From IMG/VR virus record IMGVR_UViG_3300024265_000031: a DNA stretch of 64,000 nt. The stretch is one strand, 5' to 3'. How positions within the stretch are numbered: position 1 is the first letter of the stretch; every line of letters begins with the position of its first letter. A model generated the notes under the pieces. It searched no databases and was not told the DNA's origin. It worked only from the letters and a program-made list of their open reading frames with translations. Both the position numbers and the translations under genes were made by a program. Below, one piece after another: positions 19,531 through 28,712 of the stretch. This DNA is from a virus.

Positions 19531-20529
19531 TTATCTACCTGGCAAGAACTCAAGGTTGGCTTCTAACAATCTTCTACTGGCTATATAGTCTGCAAGATGA
19601 ACAAATTTTTGAAATTTGGTTTGTGGTTTGGGAAGTATCTCAATATCGCTGTTCCACTTTGTATTCCATTGTCCCATATGAGAAGCAATACAGTCCATAA
19701 TAAGTTCAAATTTCTCAAGAGAAATAAATTGTTTATTTTTTACACTGCTTTTTTCAATAGCAAATCTAGCAATTGCTGGATGATCTGCTCTGGCAAATTT
19801 TTCTTGTGTTTTGCCATGTTTCCAGCCATCATGTAAAATCAATGCAGACAAGCAAAAGTCAATATCGTTTTCAGTGAATCCCCACCAACTTAATTTAGAC
19901 AGTTCTATGGCGACTCTAACAGCAACTTTTGTATGGCGCAAAAGACCACCTTTACCTTTGGCATATTCTGGATGATATTTTCCTGTTGAAGAGGCTCCCA
20001 CTTCAAAAAAATAATCAGGCATCAGCTTAATTGCTTCTTCTGTAAATTCACGAACTGCATCGTTCCTAATGTATTTCAATTCTTCTTTAAACGCTTCTAA
20101 TTTTTCTTCCATTGTACCTTCCTTATAATTGATTATAAATATTTTTAATTCAGATATTGTTGCAGATGAAATCATGTGTTGTGTGCCTCTTGATTTCCCA
20201 TCCCAAAAAGCAATCAGTATTCCGCTATCTTCTTTAGCATATGATGCCATTTCATGATTGCGAATATACCCTGCAGATTTTCCATTTGCTTCCCAATTTG
20301 GATGAAATCGTACAATTTTCATTCCAAATTTACTTGCAAACTTTTCCCCTAGTTGATCTACACCTTTTGCTGTACCAGAAACTATTTCTATTCCCTTTAT
20401 GTCCACAAACATATCCCCTGTTAGTCCCCATATTCCTTCATTAGTTAATTGGGTGAAACGGTTGAGACATACGCTTTCAAGTAAATCATAATCATTAAAC
20501 CCCCTAGATCCAGCAATAATTACTCTCAT
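19531..20529 (-). CDS. SLOG (YspA/DUF2493-like) domain fused to HD-domain phosphohydrolase
   Basis: IIAGSR, SGTAKGVD, AGYIRN, FWDGKSRGT; then ASSTGKYHP, GGL.RH, LHD, SHMG, LAD. Confidence 0.8.
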   Translation of the reverse strand: MRVIIAGSRGFNDYDLLESVCLNRFTQLTNEGIWGLTGDMFVDIKGIEIVSGTAKGVDQLGEKFASKFGMKIVRFHPNWEANGKSAGYIRNHEMASYAKEDSGILIAFWDGKSRGTQHMISSATISELKIFIINYKEGTMEEKLEAFKEELKYIRNDAVREFTEEAIKLMPDYFFEVGASSTGKYHPEYAKGKGGLLRHTKVAVRVAIELSKLSWWGFTENDIDFCLSALILHDGWKHGKTQEKFARADHPAIARFAIEKSSVKNKQFISLEKFELIMDCIASHMGQWNTKWNSDIEILPKPQTKFQKFVHLADYIASRRLLEANLEFLPGR

Positions 20530-20726
20530 TGGATTTTTTTAACATCCATAATAGTAAAATCATCTTCCTCAAGAAAAGAATAAATGCCATCCCATTCAAT
20601 TCTTTCTGTAACCATGTCTTTAAAACACATGTCTTCATCTATATTATAGTTGCTTTCACAAATATTTTCAATTACAAATTTGATTGTAACTTCTGCATCT
20701 ATTGTATGCTCTTTTGATTTTTCCAT
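20526..20726 (-). CDS. Hypothetical acidic protein
   Basis: 66 aa, coupled to neighbours. Confidence 0.5.
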   Translation of the reverse strand: MEKSKEHTIDAEVTIKFVIENICESNYNIDEDMCFKDMVTERIEWDGIYSFLEEDDFTIMDVKKIQ

Positions 20727-21605
20727 TCATGCTCCATTTAAAATTGATTTTTGGTTTGATAATGCACTATCCAGTGTTTTATTTTTTACATGAGTATAAA
20801 TCTGTGTTGCCTTTAATGAAGAATGACCCAAAGCAGCTTGAATAGTTCTTATATTTACATCATTGTCAACAAGATTGGTTGCAAATGTATGGCGTAAAAC
20901 ATGAGGAGCTACTTCTTCTATACGTTTTTCTGATATTCCGCCACGTCTAGCTATTTCATTAATTTTATAACGAATACCCGATCCAGTAAAAAGCTTCTTG
21001 CGCAAAGATATAAAAAGATATTCGCGACACTTGTATTTTTGCAGTCTCCATGTTCTATATTTTCGTAGAAGCTGACAGGTGTCTTCAGTAAGAGCCAATG
21101 TACGCTCTTTGGATCCCTTTCCTTCTACAGTAATATGACATTCTGTTATGTTTTCTAATTTGAGAGTTATCAGTTCATTACGGCGTAGCCCACATAATAC
21201 AAGAAGAGATATCATCAATTTTTCCATGTCATTTTTGCATCCCTTAACCATGGCAAGAATTTCTTCATCTGTTAGAAAATTCGGATTCTTTTTACCAGTT
21301 TTCAAAGCCTTTACCTTGTCAAATGGCGACCTTTCAGTGTATTCATTATCAATCAGCCAATTGTAAAATGCTTTTAGCGGCCTAGTATGGGAGTTTACGC
21401 TTGATCGAGCCAAGCCTTGTTCAAGTAATTTCGCCTGGAATTCCCTACAATCTTTGGGAGTTATCAATGTTATGTCAATAAATTCATTGATATCTAATAT
21501 ATCAATAAATTTCTTGAGAGATGCCTTGTAGCTACTGACAGTATGTTTAGACAATTCTAAACTGATTGCTTCAATATATTCTTGTATTTCATTTATTGTA
21601 TTCAT
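20727..21605 (-). CDS. XerC/XerD-like tyrosine recombinase
   Basis: Catalytic set GLRR, GKGSKER, HVLRH, LGH, TQIYTH; true start is MNTINE after AGGAG (the track start at 21662 is the -35 box). Confidence 0.92.
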   Translation of the reverse strand: MNTINEIQEYIEAISLELSKHTVSSYKASLKKFIDILDINEFIDITLITPKDCREFQAKLLEQGLARSSVNSHTRPLKAFYNWLIDNEYTERSPFDKVKALKTGKKNPNFLTDEEILAMVKGCKNDMEKLMISLLVLCGLRRNELITLKLENITECHITVEGKGSKERTLALTEDTCQLLRKYRTWRLQKYKCREYLFISLRKKLFTGSGIRYKINEIARRGGISEKRIEEVAPHVLRHTFATNLVDNDVNIRTIQAALGHSSLKATQIYTHVKNKTLDSALSNQKSILNGA

Positions 21606-21633
21606 TGTTTCTCCTAGTATTTTAGTATAACTA

Positions 21634-21662
21634 ATTCTATCATATTTTTTGTGTTTTGTCAA
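21634..21662 (-). promoter_or_regulatory. Sigma70-type promoter of the recombinase
   Basis: TTGACA-17 bp-TAGAAT with TG extension. Confidence 0.85.
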
Positions 21663-21668
21663 GGAGTT

Positions 21669-22214
21669 TTAAAGTTTTGGTGCTGGAACTTGTAAAAATT
21701 TTTCTCTCAATGTGTCAAGACTAACAGGAAAATGGTTCCAGCAATCTACTCCCACGTCTGTAGAGCGTCCAAAATCTGATAGTTGACAGTGGGAGTGTCC
21801 ATATAAGTGATATGTTCCAAAATGGGATCTGCACCACTTTCGCATTGCGTAATGGCACAACACCCACATTTCAGGATATGGAGTATCGTTTTTAAATTCA
21901 AGAATATGTATAGGTTCTAAAACAACAAAACTTCTTTCAGTTGAATCTTTTGAAAATCCTTTCATCCATTGCCAATCATGGCTGCCTGGTATAATATGAA
22001 TTTTGCCTTTTAGCTGATTAATGAATTCAAGAAATGTGTTGTAGCTACCAAGAGTTACATCGCCAAGCATATAAATATCATCATTGTTATTAACAACACT
22101 GTTATGATTGCTAATAAGAGTAGCATTCATTTCAGCAATATTGCCAAACGGTCTATTGGCGTATTGTAAAATGTTACCATGATTCCAATGCTGATCTGCA
22201 GTTGCCCATATCAC
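21669..22214 (-). CDS. Calcineurin-like metallophosphoesterase
   Basis: DQHWNH, LGD, GSHD, GHSH. Confidence 0.85.
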   Translation of the reverse strand: MIWATADQHWNHGNILQYANRPFGNIAEMNATLISNHNSVVNNNDDIYMLGDVTLGSYNTFLEFINQLKGKIHIIPGSHDWQWMKGFSKDSTERSFVVLEPIHILEFKNDTPYPEMWVLCHYAMRKWCRSHFGTYHLYGHSHCQLSDFGRSTDVGVDCWNHFPVSLDTLREKFLQVPAPKL

Positions 22215-22330
22215 AATAAAATCACCATTTTATTTAATATATTTCTGTTCCATTATAAACATTATTACTACAACCGTAGTATATAAAATCAGAGGGAATA
22301 ATAAGCATAGCACAGATGATATCATTTTAT

Positions 22331-22675
22331 TTAAAAATAAATAATGTCTTCTTCAAAATTTATTGACATTGGTTTTATAACCAAATCAAGGAATTCTTGA
22401 TTAATATTTTTGTCTACATGTGCTTTTGAAAATCTATTTCCTCTTGACGATTCAAGTGCAGGGAGCGCTCTGTATCGCGTGCCATCCACCAAGGTTATTC
22501 GATGAAAACTTATATTTCTAAAATCTTCTTGTATGTCATTTTTTGGAATATCTTTGATTAAATCATCCATCTTGTCTTTGGCAACTTTCCAAGTTTCTCC
22601 AAAAACTAGAATTTGTTCGTATAGTGGTGACATTATAAATTTTCTAATCCTCCCATTTCTTATTGTCCAACTCAT
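22331..22675 (-). CDS. Hypothetical protein
   Basis: 114 aa, preceded by junction motif and GGAGG. Confidence 0.6.
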   Translation of the reverse strand: MSWTIRNGRIRKFIMSPLYEQILVFGETWKVAKDKMDDLIKDIPKNDIQEDFRNISFHRITLVDGTRYRALPALESSRGNRFSKAHVDKNINQEFLDLVIKPMSINFEEDIIYF

Positions 22676-22694
22676 ATTCCTCCAGATAAAAGTA

Positions 22695-22901
22695 TCATTT
22701 TATTTGTGTAAATTCTAAATTCATTCTAACAGCAATAATTTTGTCTAAATACGATGCTCTTTCTATTATACAATTAGCACATAACAATCCGTGAAACCCA
22801 TCAGGATAAATTGCCAACCATTGATCATTAGGCAATGTTGTATCAAGACCAAAATCACTATACGGTTTACTACAATCTTCACATCTAACTATTGAATTCA
22901 T
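22695..22901 (-). CDS. Small Zn-ribbon protein
   Basis: CEDC...CANC; bounded by two junction motifs. Confidence 0.6.
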   Translation of the reverse strand: MNSIVRCEDCSKPYSDFGLDTTLPNDQWLAIYPDGFHGLLCANCIIERASYLDKIIAVRMNLEFTQIK

Positions 22902-22928
22902 TGTTTGTTTCCAGATAAAAGAACTATT

Positions 22929-23171
22929 TTATGTTCGTAAGTTTTTATATTCAGGTGAAAGATATGCTTCTATATTTTCTAAAGCAACCATTTTTCTGTA
23001 TTCTATCACCAAGCGATTCCATTCATTAATGTGTGCAATTCCCTCAACGCGGTCTGTTGAATATGCAATAGCAAAACAACAAGCAAGTATTCCGCCTTTT
23101 TGACCAAGAACAACATCAATTTCTTGTGGAAGTTTTTTACAAATAGGGCATTTTAAAAATTTATTTTTCAT
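22929..23171 (-). CDS. Small CxxC protein (Lar-like)
   Basis: KCPIC...EWNR. Confidence 0.5.
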   Translation of the reverse strand: MKNKFLKCPICKKLPQEIDVVLGQKGGILACCFAIAYSTDRVEGIAHINEWNRLVIEYRKMVALENIEAYLSPEYKNLRT

Positions 23172-23183
23172 ATTACTCCTTAA

Positions 23184-23307
23184 TGGACTTGGCGGTAATC
23201 GAAACCGCGTCCATCCTACCAGCTTAATGATATCTTTCGTGGTCTTTTCTAAGTTGTTTTTCCACTACCGCATATCACTGATAAAATGTCGAAACCCTTT
23301 CAAGCCC
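23184..23307 (-). ncRNA. Miniature tmRNA-like RNA (tRNA-like domain and P2 only)
   Basis: 5' GGGCUUG-AAAGGGUUUCGAC, 3' GGAC-GCGGU-UUCGAUU-ACCGC-CAAGUCC-A, G3.U70 pair, long helix in place of the anticodon arm; 124 nt. Confidence 0.75.
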
Positions 23308-23395
23308 AAGTTTATTACAATGATACTATTATTGTAAAAATGCATATAATTGTTATTGTCATTATTAATATATCCATAGTTCCTCCAAATAAAAC

Positions 23396-23644
23396 CTATC
23401 TTTCATTTAAAAACTTATCTATGGCTTCTACAACAGGATCTAATGAATCTTCTGGATTCCATTCCCACACTTCAGTTAAAAGCGATGCCATATCTAAATT
23501 TTCTTGCATAATTTTTGTCATATTTTGATGGAGTATTTCTATATCTCTTTCTAGTTTTATGATAGCTTCAGCCATACCATAAGTATCAAGCGTTCCATCT
23601 TGTTCATCTGTGAATTCATGTAAAACACGTACTCTAGTTTTCAT
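23396..23644 (-). CDS. Hypothetical coiled-coil protein (paralog of 23899-24141)
   Basis: Shared N-terminus MK.R..VL.EFT...DGT.D.Y.MA.AIIKLER.IE. Confidence 0.65.
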   Translation of the reverse strand: MKTRVRVLHEFTDEQDGTLDTYGMAEAIIKLERDIEILHQNMTKIMQENLDMASLLTEVWEWNPEDSLDPVVEAIDKFLNER

Positions 23645-23898
23645 TATTTATACTTCCTAATTATATTCTTGAACTCTTCTTTCATAATTTCATCCCAACA
23701 ATCACAGTTTAGTACAGTAACACCATCAGGAGATAAAGGTCTGACAGTATTGCAATTACCGCATATCCACTCTGTAGGCTGTTGCATTTTTGATACATCT
23801 TTTATACCATAGGGAACTAAATCCTCGCCTTCTGTAGTAGTGCAATCATACCCCGACAGACCACCGTGTTCATGATTTATATTGAATAATTCAGGCAT

Positions 23899-24141
23899 TT
23901 AGTACTCCAACTTTTCATATTGTTGAACAAGGGCTGACGCTATGACAATTGCCGATAATGAATCGTCAAGCTGTAAAAGTTTTTTTAATGCTCTCAAATC
24001 CTTGAGTGTGGCAACTTGTTGTATTTTTAATCGTTCAATATTGCGCTCTAATTTTATAATGGCTCCTGCCATACTATAAGCATCAAACGTTCCATCTTCC
24101 TTGTTAGTAAACTCATACAAAACACTTGCTCTACTTTTCAT
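23899..24141 (-). CDS. Hypothetical coiled-coil protein (paralog of 23396-23644)
   Basis: Same shared N-terminus. Confidence 0.65.
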   Translation of the reverse strand: MKSRASVLYEFTNKEDGTFDAYSMAGAIIKLERNIERLKIQQVATLKDLRALKKLLQLDDSLSAIVIASALVQQYEKLEY

Positions 24142-26134
24142 AAATCTCCTCAGATAAAATCATCCTTTATTTAATTTTATACCATCTCGTCTATGTCTTT
24201 TTTCAAAAGCCATTTGATTACTGCATTCTTGTGAAATCTTTTTCAATAATTTATAAGATGATGGATCAAGATATTCAAGAATAACTTCTTTGCCAACAGT
24301 TTCAATAATCTCATCAAGAATTTGAGCCATAGATCCTGGTTGTGGCGCGTACATTATTTCTTTTAATTGCATAAATCACTCCAGATAAAAGTCATATTTT
24401 ATCTCGTAACTGTTGGATATATTTTTCTAACATGATTGAGTGTGGTTTACTGCAGTTATGACATATTGCATGAAAAACATCAACAACTAAATTGGTATCG
24501 TTTCTGTGCAGCGTCTTGCAATAATAACAACTCCAATGAAAAACTAATCTATCACAATCAGGAAATATTTTTATTGGCACATTTTTTAATTTAGTCATAA
24601 ATAAAATTCATCTTTTATCTAACTTTTAGAACAAAGACAATCTTGGTATTGTGTTGAAAGCATAAATATTTTTTCAAGATCTGCATACATGTTGTCTGCT
24701 CTGCTATTTAATATGTTTTGATTTATTATATTATTGCATTTTTTACAAAAAACTCCTACTCTTAATTTTTCTTGTTCATCTAACCCAAAAGCTATATAGG
24801 AATTTTCTTTTCTAAAATAAGGGGTGGCCAATACAAAATAATATCCAATTTGTAGCAATTCAAGTTCTAACATATTTAAAAAAGAATCACTAAAAAAGTT
24901 ATTCATTACCTTAAGTATTTTTCGCGTTCTTTTACCCTTGACATATTGTTTTTGTTCAACAACATCTTCTTTTATGGCCTTCAATATTTTGTTTTCTTTT
25001 TTAGTTAACATTTTTCTCCTTGTATTTAAATATAACAACACTTATTTTATGACAACCATCACACAGTATATGTTCTTGATCACCTGGGGGAAACTGAACA
25101 TATTCTTTGTGGTGATAGTGTTTGCAATGAGGGCATTCCCATTCAAAACAAGTTTCAGGGAATGCGGGTAATACAATTTGTGGTTTATTTATAATAGCCA
25201 TAATAAATTCATATTTTATTTAACAATTAAGTAAACCAAGAATCCGCACCATGCTATACTAAGAATGTATGATGCAGCAACAGTCCAGATTTCCAAAAAA
25301 ATATCATCAAATGCCCAACCAATAATATGAGCTGGCAAAATCATTGTGTGTATAATTATTCTAAATGGTAATGCCAATAAAAATATAAAAACTCTGACAG
25401 AGGCTTTTATGTGTTCTACGTACTTTTGTAACATCTCTTCTCCTTGTATAATAAAATGCGGATTTTATGTTTCCAAAATGATTTGTTTGTAACACAAATA
25501 ACATAAATTCTTTTTGTGTATTGTCGCATTACATCCTACAGAATGACATCTTAATGGATCATATTTTGTTCCAGAACAAATTCTATTTTCCCCATTCATT
25601 CTTTCATTGTAACATCCTTCATAACACAATACAAATCTATCAGTTTCATCCCCGTATTGAATTGGACATCCGTACATAATTTCTCCTTGTAGATAAAAAC
25701 GTGTTTTATTTGCAACCACAAGTACTACCGCAATATGGACAGAATTCAATTTCTGTTTCATCTGCCTCTACTCTTCCAAGAGGCTCTTTCTTAATTTTGG
25801 GCAAGTCAATTTCAAATAGAATATCTATTTTTCTTAAATCTGCACTAAACCACCCAACATCAAATTGCCAACCATACCATGATAAATTAGGTGTTGAAAT
25901 TCTCCACTGTCCATATGCATATAATAAATAATTTTTATCATTGCTTATTTCTTCATGTTTATGATTATTTCTATCCCCAGTAATATCAATCCTTTTTAAT
26001 TTTGCCTCTGAAAAATCTAGCAACAAATTAGCAAATACTTCTGATTCCTTTTGCCATCTTTTTAAATTTTCTTCGCATACTTCGTCATAATTCATTGTAT
26101 AAACTCCTAGATAAAATACGTGTTTTATTTTGAG

Positions 26135-26207
26135 TAGCAGAGATGGGATTTGAACCCATATTATGCCAACTTATGGGGCTGGTGTGTTACCTATACACTA
26201 CTCTGCG
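26135..26207 (-). tRNA. tRNA-Met(CAT), initiator-like 1:72 mismatch, atypical C33
   Basis: Cloverleaf; anticodon arm ccagc-cccataa-gttgg. Confidence 0.7.
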
Positions 26208-26211
26208 ATAA

Positions 26212-26284
26212 AGCCGAAAGCAGGGATCGAACCCGCGGCATCCTTCTTACAAGGAAGGCACTCTACCAACTGAGTTATTCCGGC
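26212..26284 (-). tRNA. tRNA-Thr(TGT)
   Basis: ccttc-cttgtaa-gaagg; GGTTCGATCC T-arm. Confidence 0.9.
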
Positions 26285-26285
26285 A

Positions 26286-26360
26286 TGCTCTTGGAAGGAT
26301 TTGAACCTACAACTCACTGCATATAAGACAGGCACTCTAACCAGATTGAGTTACAAGAGC
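26286..26360 (-). tRNA. tRNA-Ile(TAT)
   Basis: Cloverleaf; anticodon loop cttatat. Confidence 0.8.
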
Positions 26361-26363
26361 TTA

Positions 26364-26434
26364 TGGACAATGAGAGGATCAAACTCTCGCCTCATCCTTG
26401 CAAGGGATGCGTACTCTCGCTATACTAATCGCCC
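26364..26434 (-). tRNA. tRNA-Ala(TGC)
   Basis: catcc-cttgcaa-ggatg; G3.U70. Confidence 0.85.
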
Positions 26435-26438
26435 AAGG

Positions 26439-26510
26439 TGGATGTGGAGAGATTTGAACTCCCGACTTCTCCCTTATCAGAGGAGCGTTCTACCACTGAA
26501 CTACACATCC
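26439..26510 (-). tRNA. tRNA-Ile(GAT)
   Basis: ctcct-ctgataa-gggag. Confidence 0.9.
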
Positions 26511-26513
26511 CTA

Positions 26514-26588
26514 TGCACCTAGCTGGACTTGAACCAGCGGATCTCATCTTTGTAAAAGATGTGTTTTCACCAACTAAACTATAGGTGC
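26514..26588 (-). tRNA. tRNA-Val(TAC)
   Basis: catct-tttacaa-agatg. Confidence 0.9.
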
Positions 26589-26589
26589 A

Positions 26590-26669
26590 TGGCGCATCCG
26601 GTGAGATTTGAACTCACGACCTTCTGTTCTTCAAACAGACGCTTAACTACCAGACTGAGCTACAGATGC
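26590..26669 (-). tRNA. tRNA-Phe(GAA), CCA encoded
   Basis: tctgt-ttgaaga-acaga. Confidence 0.9.
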
Positions 26670-26689
26670 ATAAATTTTTAAGGTTCTAA

Positions 26690-26771
26690 TGCTGATGGTA
26701 GGGCTCGAACCTACACGCTCGAAAGCACCAGATTTTAAGTCTGGGTTGTCTGCCAATTCCAACACACCAGC
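26690..26771 (-). tRNA. tRNA-Leu(TAA)
   Basis: ccaga-cttaaaa-tctgg; long variable arm. Confidence 0.9.
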
Positions 26772-26774
26772 CTA

Positions 26775-26916
26775 TGTTGTAGTCCAGGTCGCTCAGTTTA
26801 GTTGGTAATACCTGCATTTACCATCAGGACGGTTGCTGTAAATCTTCAACTTTTTTAACTCGTTGAGCAATTGCCAACTTACGCCAATTTTACGAACTGC
26901 CCTCGATGCTACAACA
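26775..26916 (-). ncRNA. Unidentified structured RNA (142 nt) within tRNA array
   Basis: Terminal helix tgttgtag/ctacaaca plus nested helices; fills the gap between two tRNAs. Confidence 0.55.
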
Positions 26917-26917
26917 A

Positions 26918-27000
26918 TACTGAAGATAGGAGTCGAACCTACACACCCAAAGGGTACTTCCGTTTGAAGAAAGCGCGTCTGCCAATTTCGCCACTTCAGC
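26918..27000 (-). tRNA. tRNA-Leu(CAA)
   Basis: ctttc-ttcaaac-ggaag; long variable arm. Confidence 0.88.
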
Positions 27001-27004
27001 ATAA

Positions 27005-27087
27005 TACTGGAGAGAGGGGTCGAACCTCTACGCCCTGCGGCACGTAGTTCTAAGCCACGCATGTCTGCCAAATTTCATCACTCCAGC
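27005..27087 (-). tRNA. tRNA-Leu(TAG)
   Basis: cgtgg-cttagaa-ctacg; long variable arm. Confidence 0.9.
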
Positions 27088-27164
27088 AAATATGTGAGCA
27101 ATGTGTTGAAATTCTCTACAACCTCAGTGTAAAGCATTGCTCACAGGGTCTTAATCTACTTATA

Positions 27165-27193
27165 ATAATACCACAAACAATCAGATTTGTCAA
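27165..27193 (-). promoter_or_regulatory. Sigma70-type promoter of tRNA array 1
   Basis: TTGACA-17 bp-TATTAT with TG extension. Confidence 0.85.
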
Positions 27194-27463
27194 GGGGTAT
27201 TTACCAATAAAATCAGTATTTTATTTAATGATTAAATATGCGTAACTCATCTTCAATCTCATCTTTCATATCCATAATTAAAAATAATGGACTTTTAGGT
27301 ATGAAAGTCATATCAAGAGTGTTCTCAATATTTCTAATAGCATCTCGCATTTGACACCATGCTCTTTCTGCAATAATGCACTCTTTATACAGCCTCATTA
27401 GTTCATGTGGCTTAAGTTCTGATACAGGTATTGCCATTTATTTCTCCAGATAAAAGTCGCATT

Positions 27464-27661
27464 TTATTTATAGTCCTCTGGTCTTTTATTCCATTCATCC
27501 TCGCGTATTCCGCCATCTTCAGTTTTATATTGTAGCCATGCCAACTCACATTTTTTATTTATACATGCATAAAATTTTGTATTATTCCATTCATGTACAA
27601 TTTCAGGATGTTTGCCACAAAATGGACAACTCTTTGCTTTGTCATTCATTTGCAAGGCCAA
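27464..27661 (-). CDS. Lar-like (restriction alleviation) Zn-ribbon protein
   Basis: KSCPFCG...C....C...WNKR pattern. Confidence 0.55.
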   Translation of the reverse strand: MALQMNDKAKSCPFCGKHPEIVHEWNNTKFYACINKKCELAWLQYKTEDGGIREDEWNKRPEDYK

Positions 27662-28370
27662 GGAGCATTTTCTTGATCATCCTGCTTCTCAATAATTTTT
27701 TTAGGCCCTACCGTTCCAGCCTCGCAACCATATTCATTATTTTTTCCAATATAACATTGAAAATGAACAAGATCATCACCCATCATTCCATTTTCACTTC
27801 CCATTGATTTGCCACAAAGCACACAATTAGTCATATTTTTCTCCAATAAAACTTACATTTTATCTTGCCACATTGCCATACGCGGCAACCAATTTCAGAC
27901 TACCATATTTAAAAACCTTTCCCCATTTATATCCTTTACTTTGATATATAGAAAATGCTTCCTCCAATGTTTCTACCCAAACTGATTCGGTTAGTGGTCT
28001 TGGAAAGTTTTTTAATGTTGCTGGTTGAAATATCATTTTATAGTTTTTTACCATTTTTCTCCAAATAAAAGCTACGTTTTATTTAATAGGCTGAATACCG
28101 CTAACATTTCCAAACAGCTTTCTTCGCACTTTAGCTTTGCTTGTTTTTTCTGCATCAATTCTTTCTGCATTTTGCAAACTTAACAACCCTTCTCCAAACA
28201 GCATGCCCTCTGGATCTTCCCTATAATCCCACACCCCTCCAAGCTTTTCATCTCCTGTTTCATTATCAATAACAGTTTCTAAAGCGAGTCCTAGCAGGTG
28301 AAGAAATTGTCTATTCAGTTCTTGCAAATATCCTTGCGCCCTGAATTCTTTTATTGGCATTCTCTTTATT

Positions 28371-28712
28371 TCATTCATTATCTTTCTTCTCAGTCTCAGA
28401 ATCCCCTTCCTCTGTAGGTTCTTCTGGCTCATCAGTTCCAGCAATATGTGCTACAATAAGAGCATTTACAGTTCTCACTTGAGAAGTGTCTACTGCATCA
28501 ACAAGTGTTTCTAAAAGTTTCTCTTCAAATATAACTTCATATCCATTTGGAAAGATAACTCCCTGATCTTCTTTTGAGTCGCGATTAAAATTCAATCCGT
28601 TTAATGGATGTTTTGTCCAAGAAAAACTATAGCGATTGGTAGCGCTATATTTCCAAATGAAGTCAAGGCTTCCGTTGTTTGTGTTCTTAATTAGTGTTTC
28701 AATAAATTTCAT
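28371..28712 (-). CDS. Hypothetical protein with acidic tail
   Basis: 113 aa, GGAG RBS. Confidence 0.55.
   Translation of the reverse strand: MKFIETLIKNTNNGSLDFIWKYSATNRYSFSWTKHPLNGLNFNRDSKEDQGVIFPNGYEVIFEEKLLETLVDAVDTSQVRTVNALIVAHIAGTDEPEEPTEEGDSETEKKDNE

Noticed and set aside
20727-21605. Lysogeny integrase with attP
   Set aside because: Xer-size protein without an arm-binding domain; no adjacent repressor, excisionase or att core recognised; a dimer-resolution role cannot be excluded
26301-27071. ORFs 26301-26522 and 26793-27071
   Set aside because: They overlap tRNA genes
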